From contig CAXNJO010000002.1 of the NCBI GenBank assembly GCA_964202905.1, forward strand, positions 640,001-704,000: 64,000 nucleotides of DNA, written 5' to 3'. Source of the stretch: Polyangiales bacterium. GTDB lineage: Bacteria; Myxococcota_A; Polyangia; Polyangiales; JADJQN01. Position 1 is the first letter of the stretch, and every line of letters starts with the position of its first letter. Positions 10,894-21,483 of this stretch are shown piece after piece. The notes below the pieces were generated by a model. It saw only the letters and a program-made list of their open reading frames with translations, was not told where the DNA came from and ran no database searches. The translations under genes and the position numbers were made by a program.

Positions 10894-12864
10894 ATGTCCG
10901 CACCCGCTGTCGAACCTGCCCTCCGCTTCTCGGGACGCATCCTCTACCTCACGGAGGACGTGGACCTGCTGCGGCGCCAGCTCGGTGGCGAGGACCTCCC
11001 GTTCGACCCGGCGCGCAAGCTCATCGACAACATCTCCACCGACGAGATCACGCCCGGCTGGGTCTGTTTCTACTACGACGAGACGCTCGGCCGCTTCTCG
11101 CTGGTGGGCCTGCGCGGTGGGCTCTTCGGGAAGGACACGCTGAAGGCCGGCGGCTTCGACGTCATCGTGAGCGGCCTCTCGAAAGGCTGCGGCTCCTCGC
11201 GCGAGACCGCGCCGTACAGCGAGCTGGTCGCGGGCGCGAAGCTCGTGATCGCGCAGAGCATCGAGAAGATCTACGGGCAGAACTCGCAGAACATCGGCCT
11301 GCTGACGAGCACGGACTTCGGCCTGATCCCGCGGATCGTGCGCGGCGAGGCCATCCCGATGCGCGAGTTCACCGAGGGGCTCGACCGCATCAGCGCCGAC
11401 ATCGTCCGCGCGGGCGGGCTCTTCGAGTACAACAAGCTCCGGCTGCGCGGCGAGGTCGCGCCGCCCGCGATCGAGACCGGCGCGCGGCCCATGACGATGG
11501 TCGAGAAGATCATCGCCGCGCACGCGATCGTCGACGCCCGCGAGGGCCGCGTGGGCGTGCCCTTCGTGAAGCCCGGCGACGCGCTCTTCGTGCGGACGGA
11601 TGTGCGCTTCTCGCACGAGTACGTGACGCCGATGGCCGACTCGCTCTTCCGCGCGGGCTTCGGCGAGGGCGCGACGGTGAGCGAGCCCGAGTCGGTGTTC
11701 ACCTTCCGCGATCACCTCACCTACCTCGCGGACGTGATGCCCGAGGAGAAGCGGAAGATGGGCCTCCTCGAGAACGCGAACGGCCTCGCGACGACGCAGC
11801 GCGCCTTCTCCGAGCGGCACCAGCTGAAGCTCTATGGCGAGAACGAGCGCGGCGGCTCGGAGGCGATCTGCCACAACGCCGTCATCGAGGACCTCGCCCT
11901 GCCCGGCCAGGTCGTCGCCGGCACCGACTCGCACACCTGCATGGCGGGCGCGCTCGGCTGCTTCGCCTTCGGCGTGGGCAGCACGGACATGGCGAACGCG
12001 TGGTTCACGCGCGACGTGCGCGTCCGCGTGCCGGAGTCCGTGCGCTTCGTGCTCGGTGGGCGGATGCGCCCGGGCGTCGCGGCCAAGGACGTCATGCTGC
12101 ACCTGCTCGCGCAGCCGTTCTTCCGCACCAGCAAGGGCATCGGGCGCGTCCTCGAGTTCGTCGGCGAGGGCGTCCGCGCGATGCCGCTCGACGAGCGCGC
12201 GACGTTGACGAACATGGCCGTCGAGGCCGGCGGTTTCACGGGGATCCTCGAGGCGGACGACCTCGTGCTCGACTACCTCATGTCGATGCGCAGCGGCCTC
12301 GACCGCGCGCAGCTCGCCGAGCGCCTCGTGCGCAGCGACGCGGGCGCGGAATACCTCGAGACCTTCGAGGTCGATCTCGGCGCCGTCGCCCCGATGGTCG
12401 CGACGCCGGGCGACCCGCGCAATGGAGTGCCGCTCGCCGAGATCCCCGGCGACGTCGCCATCGACATCGCCTACGGCGGCTCGTGCACCGGCGGCAAGAA
12501 GGCCGACATGGACATGTACGCGGAGGTCCTCGCCGCTGCGACCGCGCGCGGCCTGCGCGTCGCGCCAGGCGTGAGCGCGTTCATCCAGTTCGGCTCGCAG
12601 GAGATCCGTCGCTACGCGGAGAAGCGCGGTTACGTCGAGATGTTCACGAAGGCGGGCGTGGAACTCATCAACCCCTCGTGCGGCGCGTGCATCAACGCCG
12701 GGCCGGGCGCATCGACGGTGAAGGAGCAGGTCACCGTCAGCGCGATCAACCGCAATTTCCCGGGGCGGAGTGGCCCGGGCAAGGTCTACCTCGCGTCGCC
12801 CTACACCGTCGCGGCGAGCGCGATCGCGGGCCGCGTCGTCGGCCCCGAGCAACTGCTCGGCTGA
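10894..12864 (+). CDS. Aconitase-family dehydratase; LeuD-like swivel domain fused N-terminal to LeuC-like [4Fe-4S] domain
   Basis: N-terminal DNISTDEITP and GCGSSRETA; then GTDSHTCMAGA, GGSCTGG, CGACI and NRNFPGRSG. Confidence 0.88.
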   Translation: MSAPAVEPALRFSGRILYLTEDVDLLRRQLGGEDLPFDPARKLIDNISTDEITPGWVCFYYDETLGRFSLVGLRGGLFGKDTLKAGGFDVIVSGLSKGCGSSRETAPYSELVAGAKLVIAQSIEKIYGQNSQNIGLLTSTDFGLIPRIVRGEAIPMREFTEGLDRISADIVRAGGLFEYNKLRLRGEVAPPAIETGARPMTMVEKIIAAHAIVDAREGRVGVPFVKPGDALFVRTDVRFSHEYVTPMADSLFRAGFGEGATVSEPESVFTFRDHLTYLADVMPEEKRKMGLLENANGLATTQRAFSERHQLKLYGENERGGSEAICHNAVIEDLALPGQVVAGTDSHTCMAGALGCFAFGVGSTDMANAWFTRDVRVRVPESVRFVLGGRMRPGVAAKDVMLHLLAQPFFRTSKGIGRVLEFVGEGVRAMPLDERATLTNMAVEAGGFTGILEADDLVLDYLMSMRSGLDRAQLAERLVRSDAGAEYLETFEVDLGAVAPMVATPGDPRNGVPLAEIPGDVAIDIAYGGSCTGGKKADMDMYAEVLAAATARGLRVAPGVSAFIQFGSQEIRRYAEKRGYVEMFTKAGVELINPSCGACINAGPGASTVKEQVTVSAINRNFPGRSGPGKVYLASPYTVAASAIAGRVVGPEQLLG

Positions 12865-12923
12865 GCGCGGCGCGCGCGCACTCACGCGTTGCATTCACCG
12901 CGCGGCTCTGCTGTTCTCTCCGC

Positions 12924-13199
12924 ATGCCCCAACAGAAGGTCCTTCGTGCGGTCGTGGAGCGGCTGGAGAAGAGCGCCGTGGTGCTCGAGGTCGGCGGCCG
13001 CGAGGTGACGTTCCCGCGTGCGTCGCTGCCGACGCCACTCACCGAGGGCGACACGCTCGCCATCACCATCACGCTCGATGGTGACAGCGCCGCGCGCGAA
13101 GAAGTGGCGGCGAGCCTCGACAGCGCGACGGGCAAGGCCGGCCCGGGGCGCAAGCGCGGCAACCCGCGCACCGCGTCCGCCCGCACCAACAGGAAGTGA
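12924..13199 (+). CDS. Small DUF3006-like protein
   Basis: The pattern AVVERLEKSAVVLEV...FPRASLPTPLTEGDTLAI resembles DUF3006. It fills the gap between two co-oriented genes. Confidence 0.6.
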   Translation: MPQQKVLRAVVERLEKSAVVLEVGGREVTFPRASLPTPLTEGDTLAITITLDGDSAAREEVAASLDSATGKAGPGRKRGNPRTASARTNRK

Positions 13200-13216
13200 T
13201 CCCCGGAGTGTCCGCC

Positions 13217-14743
13217 ATGTTCACGAAGGTGCTGGTCGCGAACCGCGGCGAGATCGCGGTGCGCATCCTGCGGACGCTCCGCGAGCTCGGCCTGCGGACG
13301 GTGGCCGTCTACAGCGACGCCGATCGCAGCGCGCCGCACGTGCGCCTCGCCGACGAGGCGGTGCACATCGGCCCCGCGCCGAGCGCGCAGAGCTATCTGC
13401 TCACCGAGCGCATCCTCGACGCCTGCCGCCGCACGGGCGCGCAGGCGGTGCACCCGGGCTACGGCTTCCTCAGCGAAAAGCCACAGTTCGCGCAGGCGTG
13501 CAAGGACGCGGGGATCGTCTTCATCGGACCCGATCCGAGCGCCATGATCGCCATGGGCAGCAAGACGGCCGCGCGCGAGCGGATGATCGCCGCGGGCGTG
13601 CCCGTCGTGCCGGGCGTGCAATCGGCGGGTTCGGTCGAAGAGCTCGCACGCGAGGCCGAGCGCGTCGGATACCCGGTGATGCTCAAGGCCGCGAACGGCG
13701 GCGGCGGCAAGGGCATGCGCCTCGTCGAGCACGCGGGCGATTTCGCGGCGGCGTACGAGCGCGCGCGCAGCGAGGCGAAGAGCGCCTTCGGCGACGAGGC
13801 CGTCTACCTCGAAAAGGCCGTGATCCGGCCGCGCCACGTCGAGATCCAGGTGCTCGGCGACCAGCACGGCCACACCGTCCACTACTTCGAGCGCGACTGC
13901 TCGATCCAGCGCCGCCACCAGAAGGTCGTCGAGGAGACGCCGACGCCCGCAGGCATCGCGACGCCCGAGCTCATCGCGCGCATGGGCGAGGTCGCGGTGC
14001 GCGCGGCGAAGGCCGTGAACTACCACTCGGCGGGCACGTGCGAGTTCCTGCTCTCGGAGACGGGCGACTTCTACTTCCTCGAGATGAACACGCGCCTGCA
14101 GGTCGAGCACCCGGTGACGGAGCTCATCACGCAGACCGATCTCGTCGCCGAGATGGTGCGCATCGCGCAGGGCGAGCCGCTCGGCTACGGGCAGGCCGAC
14201 GTGCGCCGGCACGGACACGCCATCCAGTGCCGCGTCTACGCGGAAGACCCGGCCGCGAACTTCATGCCGAGCCCCGGCCGCATCGAGACGCTGCGCGTGC
14301 CCGCGGGCCCGGGCGTGCGCGACGACTCCGGCGCGTACGAGGGCTACGAGGTCTCGAGCTTCTACGACCCGCTCATCAGCAAGCTCTGCGTGTGGGCGCC
14401 CGATCGGCCGCGCGCGCTCGCGAAGATGCGCCGCGCGCTCTCGGAGTACGTCGTCACCGGCATCAAGACCAACCTGCCCTTCCACCTCGCGCTCTTCGAG
14501 CAGCCGGACTTCGTGCGCGGCGCGTACGACACCGGCTTCATCGATCGCCACAAAGAGGCCCTGCTCGTCGGCGGACACGTGGACGGCGACGCCGAGGACG
14601 CGCTCACGATCGGCGCGGCGGTCGCGCAGGCGCTCCGCGATCACCACGCCGCGCGGGGCGCGGGGCCGGCCGGTGCGCCCGTCTCGGGCCCACCGCAGGG
14701 GCCGAGCCCCTGGCGCATCGGCGCGCTCGCGCAGCTCCGCTGA
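13217..14743 (+). CDS. accC: Acetyl/propionyl-CoA carboxylase biotin carboxylase subunit
   Basis: MFTKVLVANRGEIA, HPGYGFLSE, GGGGKGMR, ERDCSIQRRHQK and FLEMNTRLQVEHPVTE; no biotinyl domain. Confidence 0.92.
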   Translation: MFTKVLVANRGEIAVRILRTLRELGLRTVAVYSDADRSAPHVRLADEAVHIGPAPSAQSYLLTERILDACRRTGAQAVHPGYGFLSEKPQFAQACKDAGIVFIGPDPSAMIAMGSKTAARERMIAAGVPVVPGVQSAGSVEELAREAERVGYPVMLKAANGGGGKGMRLVEHAGDFAAAYERARSEAKSAFGDEAVYLEKAVIRPRHVEIQVLGDQHGHTVHYFERDCSIQRRHQKVVEETPTPAGIATPELIARMGEVAVRAAKAVNYHSAGTCEFLLSETGDFYFLEMNTRLQVEHPVTELITQTDLVAEMVRIAQGEPLGYGQADVRRHGHAIQCRVYAEDPAANFMPSPGRIETLRVPAGPGVRDDSGAYEGYEVSSFYDPLISKLCVWAPDRPRALAKMRRALSEYVVTGIKTNLPFHLALFEQPDFVRGAYDTGFIDRHKEALLVGGHVDGDAEDALTIGAAVAQALRDHHAARGAGPAGAPVSGPPQGPSPWRIGALAQLR

Positions 14744-14875
14744 ATCGCGCGTCGGCGGCGCCCCGCGCGGCGCCACTGAATCGCCATTCAGCGCGCGCAA
14801 GGGCGGGAGCGTCACGGTGCGCCGCGTCCCTCGGCTGCGCGTCGCGCCGCGTCCTCGGCGCGCGCAGCACGCGCT

Positions 14876-15388
14876 TCAGGGCGTCGCGCCCATGGCCTCG
14901 AGGCGGGCCCGAGCGTGGGCGCGGCACGACGACGAACAACCGCGCTGACCGGGTCGCGGTCGCTCCGAATAGGTGTACGCGAGGGCATCGTCGGAGATGG
15001 CACCGCGCAGACGCTGATCGGTCGTCCAGACGCAGCCGTCCGAGAAATCGAACTCGGTGTTCAGCGCGAGGTCGACCTGCCCGCTCTCGATACGCCCGAG
15101 AAACAACGCGTTTCCGAAGCTCGCCTTCGCCCAGCCGTTCCCCGTGCACGGATAGCGCAGCGCGCCGGGCACCCGCGTCACGCGTTCGTCGATGAAGCAG
15201 CCCGCGGCGCCCTCGGTGCGCGCGACGACGAGCCGCTTCGTGCAGATGGGCTCGGCGCCCGTCGGCGGCGGGCGCTCCGGCAGCCGCACGCGGAGCTCAC
15301 GGATCTCGGCGCGCGCGACCGCGGCCACCGCGAGCGACGCGGTGATCGCAGCGACGAGCGCCCCCCGCCTCGCGTCGCGCCCGATCAT
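14876..15388 (-). CDS. Secreted Cys-containing hypothetical protein
   Basis: Signal-peptide-like start (ALVAAITASLAVAAVARA). Its ATG overlaps the stop of the upstream vWA gene (ATGA). Confidence 0.65.
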   Translation of the reverse strand: MIGRDARRGALVAAITASLAVAAVARAEIRELRVRLPERPPPTGAEPICTKRLVVARTEGAAGCFIDERVTRVPGALRYPCTGNGWAKASFGNALFLGRIESGQVDLALNTEFDFSDGCVWTTDQRLRGAISDDALAYTYSERPRPGQRGCSSSCRAHARARLEAMGATP

Positions 15389-17712
15389 GCACCGCGACGC
15401 GGAACGACGATGATGACGGGCTTCTCGTCGAGCACCGTCACGCCGTCGCCGATCACCTGGAGGCGCACGGTGAAGACCTGATCGACGTCGGTCTGCGCGA
15501 CGCTGTCGTTGTAGGCCGTGACGGTGAAGGTCACGACGGTGCCCGGCGTCACGTTGACGAACGAGTCGAACACGGTGTCGCCGTCGAGGTCCGCGACGGT
15601 CGGCGAAGGCGCGCCCGCGGGGGGACGCGCGCTGCGCGGGATGGTGGCCTTCACGAAGCCGTTGGGGTCGTCGAGCACGCGGATGGAGACCGTGTCGAGC
15701 TCGATGCCGGTGACGAGCGTGTTGACCGCGTCGACGAGCGTCGCGGAGAGACCCGAGCCGTTCGACCGCGCGTCGAAGACGAGCGGGCACGTCGGCATTC
15801 CGTCGGAGCCCGTGATGGGCCGCACGTCACGACCGTCGACGCCCGTCGTGCAGAAGCCGCGCGCGTCCGGCGGCGTCACGGCCCCCGTCGCGACCGCGAG
15901 GTCCTCGAGCGGCGCGCGCGCGACCGTGCGCGAGGCGACACCGATGAGGCGCGCACGGATGCCCGTGAGCGCGGTGACGACGTCGTCGCGCGAGTGCGCC
16001 CCCGTGATGCGCCCGGCCTCGTACTCGGCCGGCGCGTGCGGCACGTCGTCGGTCACGAAGATCACGATGGGCAGCGCGCCGTCGCGGAAACCGACACCGC
16101 CGATCGTGCCGGCGCCGGGCGTGGAGGCGTCGGAGGTGAAGGCGGGCACGGAACCGCCCGGCCACGTCACGCCATCGCCCGCCGCGATCTGGAAGAGCGC
16201 CTCGAAGATCGACTCGGGGAGGTCGCCGCCGCAGCCGAGCGGCATGTCGAGGCGGTTGAGCGCGGTCTGCACGCGCGCGTCGGCCGTCGTGATCTGCTGC
16301 AGGAGGCGGAAGGGCCGGTCGGGTGTGCCGCCGCAGTCGTTGTTGCCGAAGGGCGCGATCGGGAAGTCCTCGAACTCGTTGACGCCGAAGGCGCTGTCGG
16401 CGATGACGGCGCGGACGCCGGGGATGATCGTCGAGCCGAGCGAGGCTTGGAGGTTGTTGATCTCCTCGCCCATCGAGCCCGTCGTGTCGACGCTGATCAT
16501 CACGTCGGCGACACGGATGTTGGTGTCGAAGGTGAGCGTGTTCGCGGCCTCGCCGCCCGGGTCGTCGGTCGGGAGCACGAAGTAGAACTCGGGGATCCGC
16601 GAGGCGGGGTCACAGGGGTTGGTGCCCGCGGTCGTCTCGGCGAGGTCGCTCTGGCCGTCCCCGTCGGTGTCCGCGCGCGTGCGGTCGAGGCAGGCGCGCA
16701 TCGCCTCGTCGCGGTCCGAGAGGCCGTCGTTGTCGGAGTCGAGGTCGCGGAAGTCCGCGCGCCCGTCGCGGTCGCTGTCGACCGGCGTCGTGCCCGCGTC
16801 GGTGTCGCCGGCCTCGAGGCGATCGAGCACGCCGTCGCCGTCCGCGTCGTCGTCGCGGAAGTCGGGGCGCCCGTCGCCATCGGTGTCGGGCGCACCGCCC
16901 GGGGCGTCGCGTCCCTCGTCGAGGTCCGCGATGCCGTCGCCGTCCGCGTCGGTCAGGTCACGTACGGGGATGCACGCCGAGGCGCGGCACACGCTGCCCG
17001 CCGCGCACGCTGCGCCGCAGGTGCCGCAGTTCTCGGTGTTGGTCGTGGTGTCGACGCACGCCGACGAGCAGTTGGTCGTGCCGGGCGGACACTCGAGCGC
17101 GCAACGCCCTGCGGCGCAGACCTCGCCCGCCTCGCAGGAGACGCCGCAGCCGCCGCAGTTCCGCGGGTCGACGCCCGTGTCGAAGCAGGCGTCGCCGCAG
17201 CGCGCGAGCGGCGACGGGCAGGTGTCCGTGCACACGCCGCCGCTGCAGAAGCCCGTGGCCCCGCACGCGCTGTCGCAGGCGCCGCACGCGACCGGGCTGC
17301 TCGCGAGGTCGACGCAGAGCTCGCCGCACACCGCGAGCGGACACGTCGGCGTGCACGCGCCCTCGCTGCAGAACTCGCGGTCACCGCAGCGCGTCCCGCA
17401 CACGCCGCAGTTCTCGCGGTCGCTGCGACGATCGACACAGGCGCCGCCGCACTCGGTGAGCGCGCCCGCGCAGTTCACGCTCCCGTCCGGCGCCGGACCG
17501 CCGTCGCGCGGCACGTCGCCGTCGGCGGGGACGTCGCCGTCCACCGGCGCGTCGCCATCGGCCGGCACGTCGCCGTCGGTGCGCGGCCGGACCGACGCGT
17601 CGAAGTCGAAGTCTTCGCGGGTCGGACCGCGGGCGCCGAAGCAGCCGGCGAGGCACAGCGCTGCGAGCGCGGGCGCGAAGAACAGACGCGAGAGCGGGAC
17701 GCGTGACGACAT
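15385..17712 (-). CDS. Lipoprotein with Cys-rich repeats, Ca-binding DxDxDG (TSP3-like) repeats and a vWA domain (CglD-like architecture)
   Basis: Lipobox LAGC, four CGxCxxxC repeats, DADGDG/DTDGDG/DSDNDG repeats, a MIDAS-like VDTTGSMGEE motif and GGDLPES. Confidence 0.8.
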   Translation of the reverse strand: MSSRVPLSRLFFAPALAALCLAGCFGARGPTREDFDFDASVRPRTDGDVPADGDAPVDGDVPADGDVPRDGGPAPDGSVNCAGALTECGGACVDRRSDRENCGVCGTRCGDREFCSEGACTPTCPLAVCGELCVDLASSPVACGACDSACGATGFCSGGVCTDTCPSPLARCGDACFDTGVDPRNCGGCGVSCEAGEVCAAGRCALECPPGTTNCSSACVDTTTNTENCGTCGAACAAGSVCRASACIPVRDLTDADGDGIADLDEGRDAPGGAPDTDGDGRPDFRDDDADGDGVLDRLEAGDTDAGTTPVDSDRDGRADFRDLDSDNDGLSDRDEAMRACLDRTRADTDGDGQSDLAETTAGTNPCDPASRIPEFYFVLPTDDPGGEAANTLTFDTNIRVADVMISVDTTGSMGEEINNLQASLGSTIIPGVRAVIADSAFGVNEFEDFPIAPFGNNDCGGTPDRPFRLLQQITTADARVQTALNRLDMPLGCGGDLPESIFEALFQIAAGDGVTWPGGSVPAFTSDASTPGAGTIGGVGFRDGALPIVIFVTDDVPHAPAEYEAGRITGAHSRDDVVTALTGIRARLIGVASRTVARAPLEDLAVATGAVTPPDARGFCTTGVDGRDVRPITGSDGMPTCPLVFDARSNGSGLSATLVDAVNTLVTGIELDTVSIRVLDDPNGFVKATIPRSARPPAGAPSPTVADLDGDTVFDSFVNVTPGTVVTFTVTAYNDSVAQTDVDQVFTVRLQVIGDGVTVLDEKPVIIVVPRRGA

Positions 17713-17796
17713 GCGCGCAGCCTACACGAATCGCCCCCCGCGCCGCACGCAGAGGTGGCTTGTGCCGCGGCTCTCCGCCGCGCAGCGCGGGCCGCT

Positions 17797-18129
17797 TCAG
17801 CGCGGCGCGCGCCAGCGGAGGATGCGCGCGGGCCAGGGCGCGCACGCCTCGCCGCGGCAGTCCTTCGCGAGGGCGACGAGGAAGCGCCGCGCCTGCGCGA
17901 GGAGCCAGGCCGACGGCGCGCCGGGCACCTCGAGCGCGACGGCCGCCTCCGGGCCGAGCGACGGATCGAGCGCGATCGCGGCGCGCGCGCGGCACACCGC
18001 GTGGGGTTCGGCGAGCGCGACCTCGTAGTGCGCGTGCGACCCGTCGACGTCTCGCAGCACGAGCAACACGCGGCCGCCGTGCGCCGGACGCAACGCGGCG
18101 TCGTCGTCCGAGGCGCCGCCGTAGCTCAC
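17797..18129 (-). CDS. Small hypothetical protein
   Basis: GTG start just after the upstream gene, coding-like composition, C-terminal WPARILRWR. Confidence 0.5.
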   Translation of the reverse strand: MSYGGASDDDAALRPAHGGRVLLVLRDVDGSHAHYEVALAEPHAVCRARAAIALDPSLGPEAAVALEVPGAPSAWLLAQARRFLVALAKDCRGEACAPWPARILRWRAPR

Positions 18130-18154
18130 GCTGCCCCCGCGACTGAATGGTCGT

Positions 18155-20309
18155 TCATCGCGTCGTCCCCCACGCGCCCGCGTCGACGACGGGCAGCGGC
18201 ACGCCGCCATCGCCCGCGAACGCGCCACCGTCGTCGGGCACGCCGCCATCGGGCGGCGCGAGCGTCGTCGGCACGAGCTGGTCGCCGCGGACGAGCACCG
18301 CGCCGCCATCGGGCAGCACATAGCCCCCGCGCACCTCGTCGAATTTCGGGATCGGGAAGGTGATCGGCGATCGCGACGCTGCCGCGCACGCGCCCCTCGA
18401 GCACCTCGACACGCACCGGGCGCTCAAGCGCGAACACGTAGCCGCCCTCGTTCACCTCGAGGCGGTACGTCTCGCCCTCGTGCTCCATGTCGCGCGAGAA
18501 GTTGACGCGCTGCATGCCGACGCGGCGGTGGTGCCGGTGCGCGAGCACGAAGCTCATGAGCCGCACGGCGATGTGGTTGTGGAGGCGGTGACACCCGTGG
18601 GAGTGGCGCCGCATGATGCTCATGTAGTCGACCGAGCCGTGCGAGCGGATGCCCTCGTCGCCGTAGATGCGGAGCGCGCCGTCGCCCGTCTCGCGGAAGG
18701 TGTGGTGATAGGCGGCGACGAGCCCGTACGCCGACGCGTAGCTCGGCCCCGTCTCGTGCACGTCGACGACGAAGGGCTTCTCGCTCGTGCTTCGGCGGTG
18801 CGGGTTGCGGTCGAGCAGATCGCGGGGCGGCGTCGTCTCCGGCGGGAGCCACACGGGCGCCGCGACGATCTCCGTCCAGACGACGGGACCGAAGGGAGAA
18901 CCCTTGTATTTCCACCACACCTGGCCATCGATGAACTCGCTGCGCCAACCGCCGATCGTCGTGCCGAAGCGCGCGAGCGGGATGCGCTCGTCGCGGTACG
19001 TCGTGAAGATCGTCGTGTGCGGGCGGCGCTCGATCGACTGCGCGCGCTCGGCGCCGAGGTCGTCGTAGGGGAACTCGTACCAGACGTCGCCGCGGTCGAT
19101 CTCGACCGAGAGCTCCATGTCGCCGTCGTAGTACTCGGGCAGCGGCGGCCGCGCGAAGGCGACGAGCTTCTCGCCGTCGGCCGGGAGATCACCGAGCCCC
19201 TCGACGAAGGCGAGCGCCCGCTCGGGCGTCTCGAGACCGAAGGCCGCGACGAGCGCGTCGCGCAGGGCCGCCTCGAGGTTGGGCACCGGGTGCTGCGCCC
19301 CATCGCGACCGCGGAAGGTGCGCGGCGTCCCGTCCGGCTTCGTCGAGGTGCTGCCGTCCTCGATGACGCCCGCGGCGTGCATCGCGCGCTCGCTCAGCAC
19401 GCGGACGAGATCGTCGCGCTCCGTCTCGAGCGGGCTGCGGCGCGCCGCCGCGAGCGTCAGCGGGCCGAGGAAGCCCCAACCGTAGACGCGGTGCCGCTTC
19501 TCGAACTTCGCGAGGGCCTCGTGCGTCGGCAGATCGAGCGCGCCCGGTACGTGTCGGCCGAGCCCGCGGTAGAAGCCCTCGCATTGCAGGCGCTGCTGCA
19601 GCGCGCGGATCGCCCGCGCCCGCGGGAGGCGCTCCACGAACTGGTCGAGCGCGCCGCGCTCGCGATCGGAGAGCGGCGCGCGATCGAGCAGCGCGGGCTC
19701 CGCGACGCGCTGCCGCTCGAGCAGGCGGCGCACCTCGCGCTCGAGCGCGTCGAAGCGCGACGCGTCACGGCGGCTCTCCTCGTTGCCGCGGAAGGGGATC
19801 GTCCCCTCGAACGCCTCGAGGCCGGCGAGATCGACGTCCCGCGCGCACGCGAGGCCGCTCGTCGTGCGCATGCGGGCGCGGAGCAGCGAGACCGAGGGCG
19901 CGATGCCGTAGAGCTCGAGGTACTCGTCGGTGCGGGCGCGCTCGCCGTGGAGGTCGTCGCCGAAGTCGCCGCGCGCAAGCGCGAGGTAGGTGCGGCGGTA
20001 GGAGTTCGGGACGACGGGCTCGGCCTCGTTGCCCCGCTCTCCGAAGAGGTAGGGTGCCCAGCCGTCCCCGAGATCGAGGACCACGAAGCCCTCCTCGCGG
20101 GCACGCGCGGCGTCGACCTGACGCACGACGCGGCCGGCCTCCCAGAGCGGCACCGGGCGCGCGAGCGGGGGCGGGCGGCTGTCGGTGTCGTGCGGGGGCG
20201 CGGGGGCCTCGGGCGCAGGCGGCGTCGGCGCGACGGGTGCGGGCGGCGCGGTCGCGGGCGGCGCGTCGCCTCCGCTGCAGGCGACGAGCGCGGCGGCCGT
20301 GAGGAACAT
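18155..20309 (-). CDS. L,D-transpeptidase family lipoprotein with peptidoglycan-binding-like domain; frameshift near 18370, start uncertain
   Basis: Lipobox LVAC, IRALQQRL...THEALAKFEKRH (PG-binding-like) and PVWLPP. The catalytic IRSHGS...SHGCHRL motif is present. Confidence 0.8.
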
Positions 20310-20549
20310 CGGGGCGCAGCGGGAGAGACGCACGGCGGGCGACCTTTCGACGAATGGGACGGCCGCGCAAGCGCTGCGGCCGACGGGCGCGCAGGGCCCC
20401 GGTGCGCGGCCTCGATGCGCGCGGCGTGCCACGGGCCGACCCCGCGGATCTCCCTGCAACATGGGCGTCCCGGGACGCGCAGGCGTGGCTCCCGGGACGC
20501 ACGCGCGCGGCCCCCCGGCCACGGCGCGGCGCCCCGCGGGAGCGCCCGG

Positions 20550-21314
20550 TCAGAGCCCGCCGCCGCCGTCCACGTCGATCGTGCGCGCGTTGAAGTAGTC
20601 GCACTCGAGCACGAACTTCACGGCGACCCAGAGATCCTCGGGCAGGCCGATGCGGCCGACGGGGATCGTCGCCACGATCGCGTCGCGCGCCTTCTGGTTC
20701 ATGCCCTGCGTCATCGGCGTCTCGACCATGCCCGGGGCGACCGCGCCGACGCGGATACCGAAGGACGCGAACTCCTTGGCCCAGGTGACGGTGTTCGCGG
20801 CGAGCGCGGCCTTGGCCGCAGCGTAGTTGGACTGGCCGCGGTTCCCGTGGCGCGCGATGGAGGACATGTTGACGATGACGCCGGGCTTCGCGCCCGTCTC
20901 GACCATCTTCGCGGCGACCTCGCGCACCATCATCACGGCGCCGGTGAGGTTCACGTCGAGGACGGCGAGGAACTGTTCGCGCGACATCTTCTTGATCTCG
21001 CCGGTCTCGCGGTCCTTCTTCACGAGGAGACCATCACGAAGGATGCCAGCGTTGTTGATGAGCCCGTTGAGCCCGCCCATCGCCTCGTGCGCCCAGGCGA
21101 CGAAGGCGATGCAGTCCGCCTCGCTCGCGACATCGAGCTTGCGCGCGTGGATGCGGCCGGGGCCGCTGACGCTCTGCGCGACCTCGGCGAGCAGGTCCTC
21201 CTTCACGTCGCCGATCGCGACCTGCGCGCCGGCCTCGGCGAGCCGCCGGGCGAAGTGCGCGCCCATGCCCTGGGCGCCGCCGGTGACGATGATCTTCAGG
21301 TCCTCGAGCTTCAT
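20550..21314 (-). CDS. SDR family oxidoreductase (FabG-like)
   Basis: TGGAQGMG, LINNAGILRD, NYAAAKAA (YxxxK) and VAPGMVETPMT. Confidence 0.93.
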   Translation of the reverse strand: MKLEDLKIIVTGGAQGMGAHFARRLAEAGAQVAIGDVKEDLLAEVAQSVSGPGRIHARKLDVASEADCIAFVAWAHEAMGGLNGLINNAGILRDGLLVKKDRETGEIKKMSREQFLAVLDVNLTGAVMMVREVAAKMVETGAKPGVIVNMSSIARHGNRGQSNYAAAKAALAANTVTWAKEFASFGIRVGAVAPGMVETPMTQGMNQKARDAIVATIPVGRIGLPEDLWVAVKFVLECDYFNARTIDVDGGGGL

Positions 21315-21483
21315 GTCGTTGGCCTCCGCGCGCCGCACCCGTCCAACCCGGACGGCGGGCGCGGGCAGCGGATACCACGAACGGCCGCGTGCGTCAGCCG
21401 CGTCCCACGCGCCGCGACGCGGACCGCGCCCGGCACCGCGGCGCTCTTGCGACGCGGGCGCGACTGCGCTTTGCTGCGCGCCG

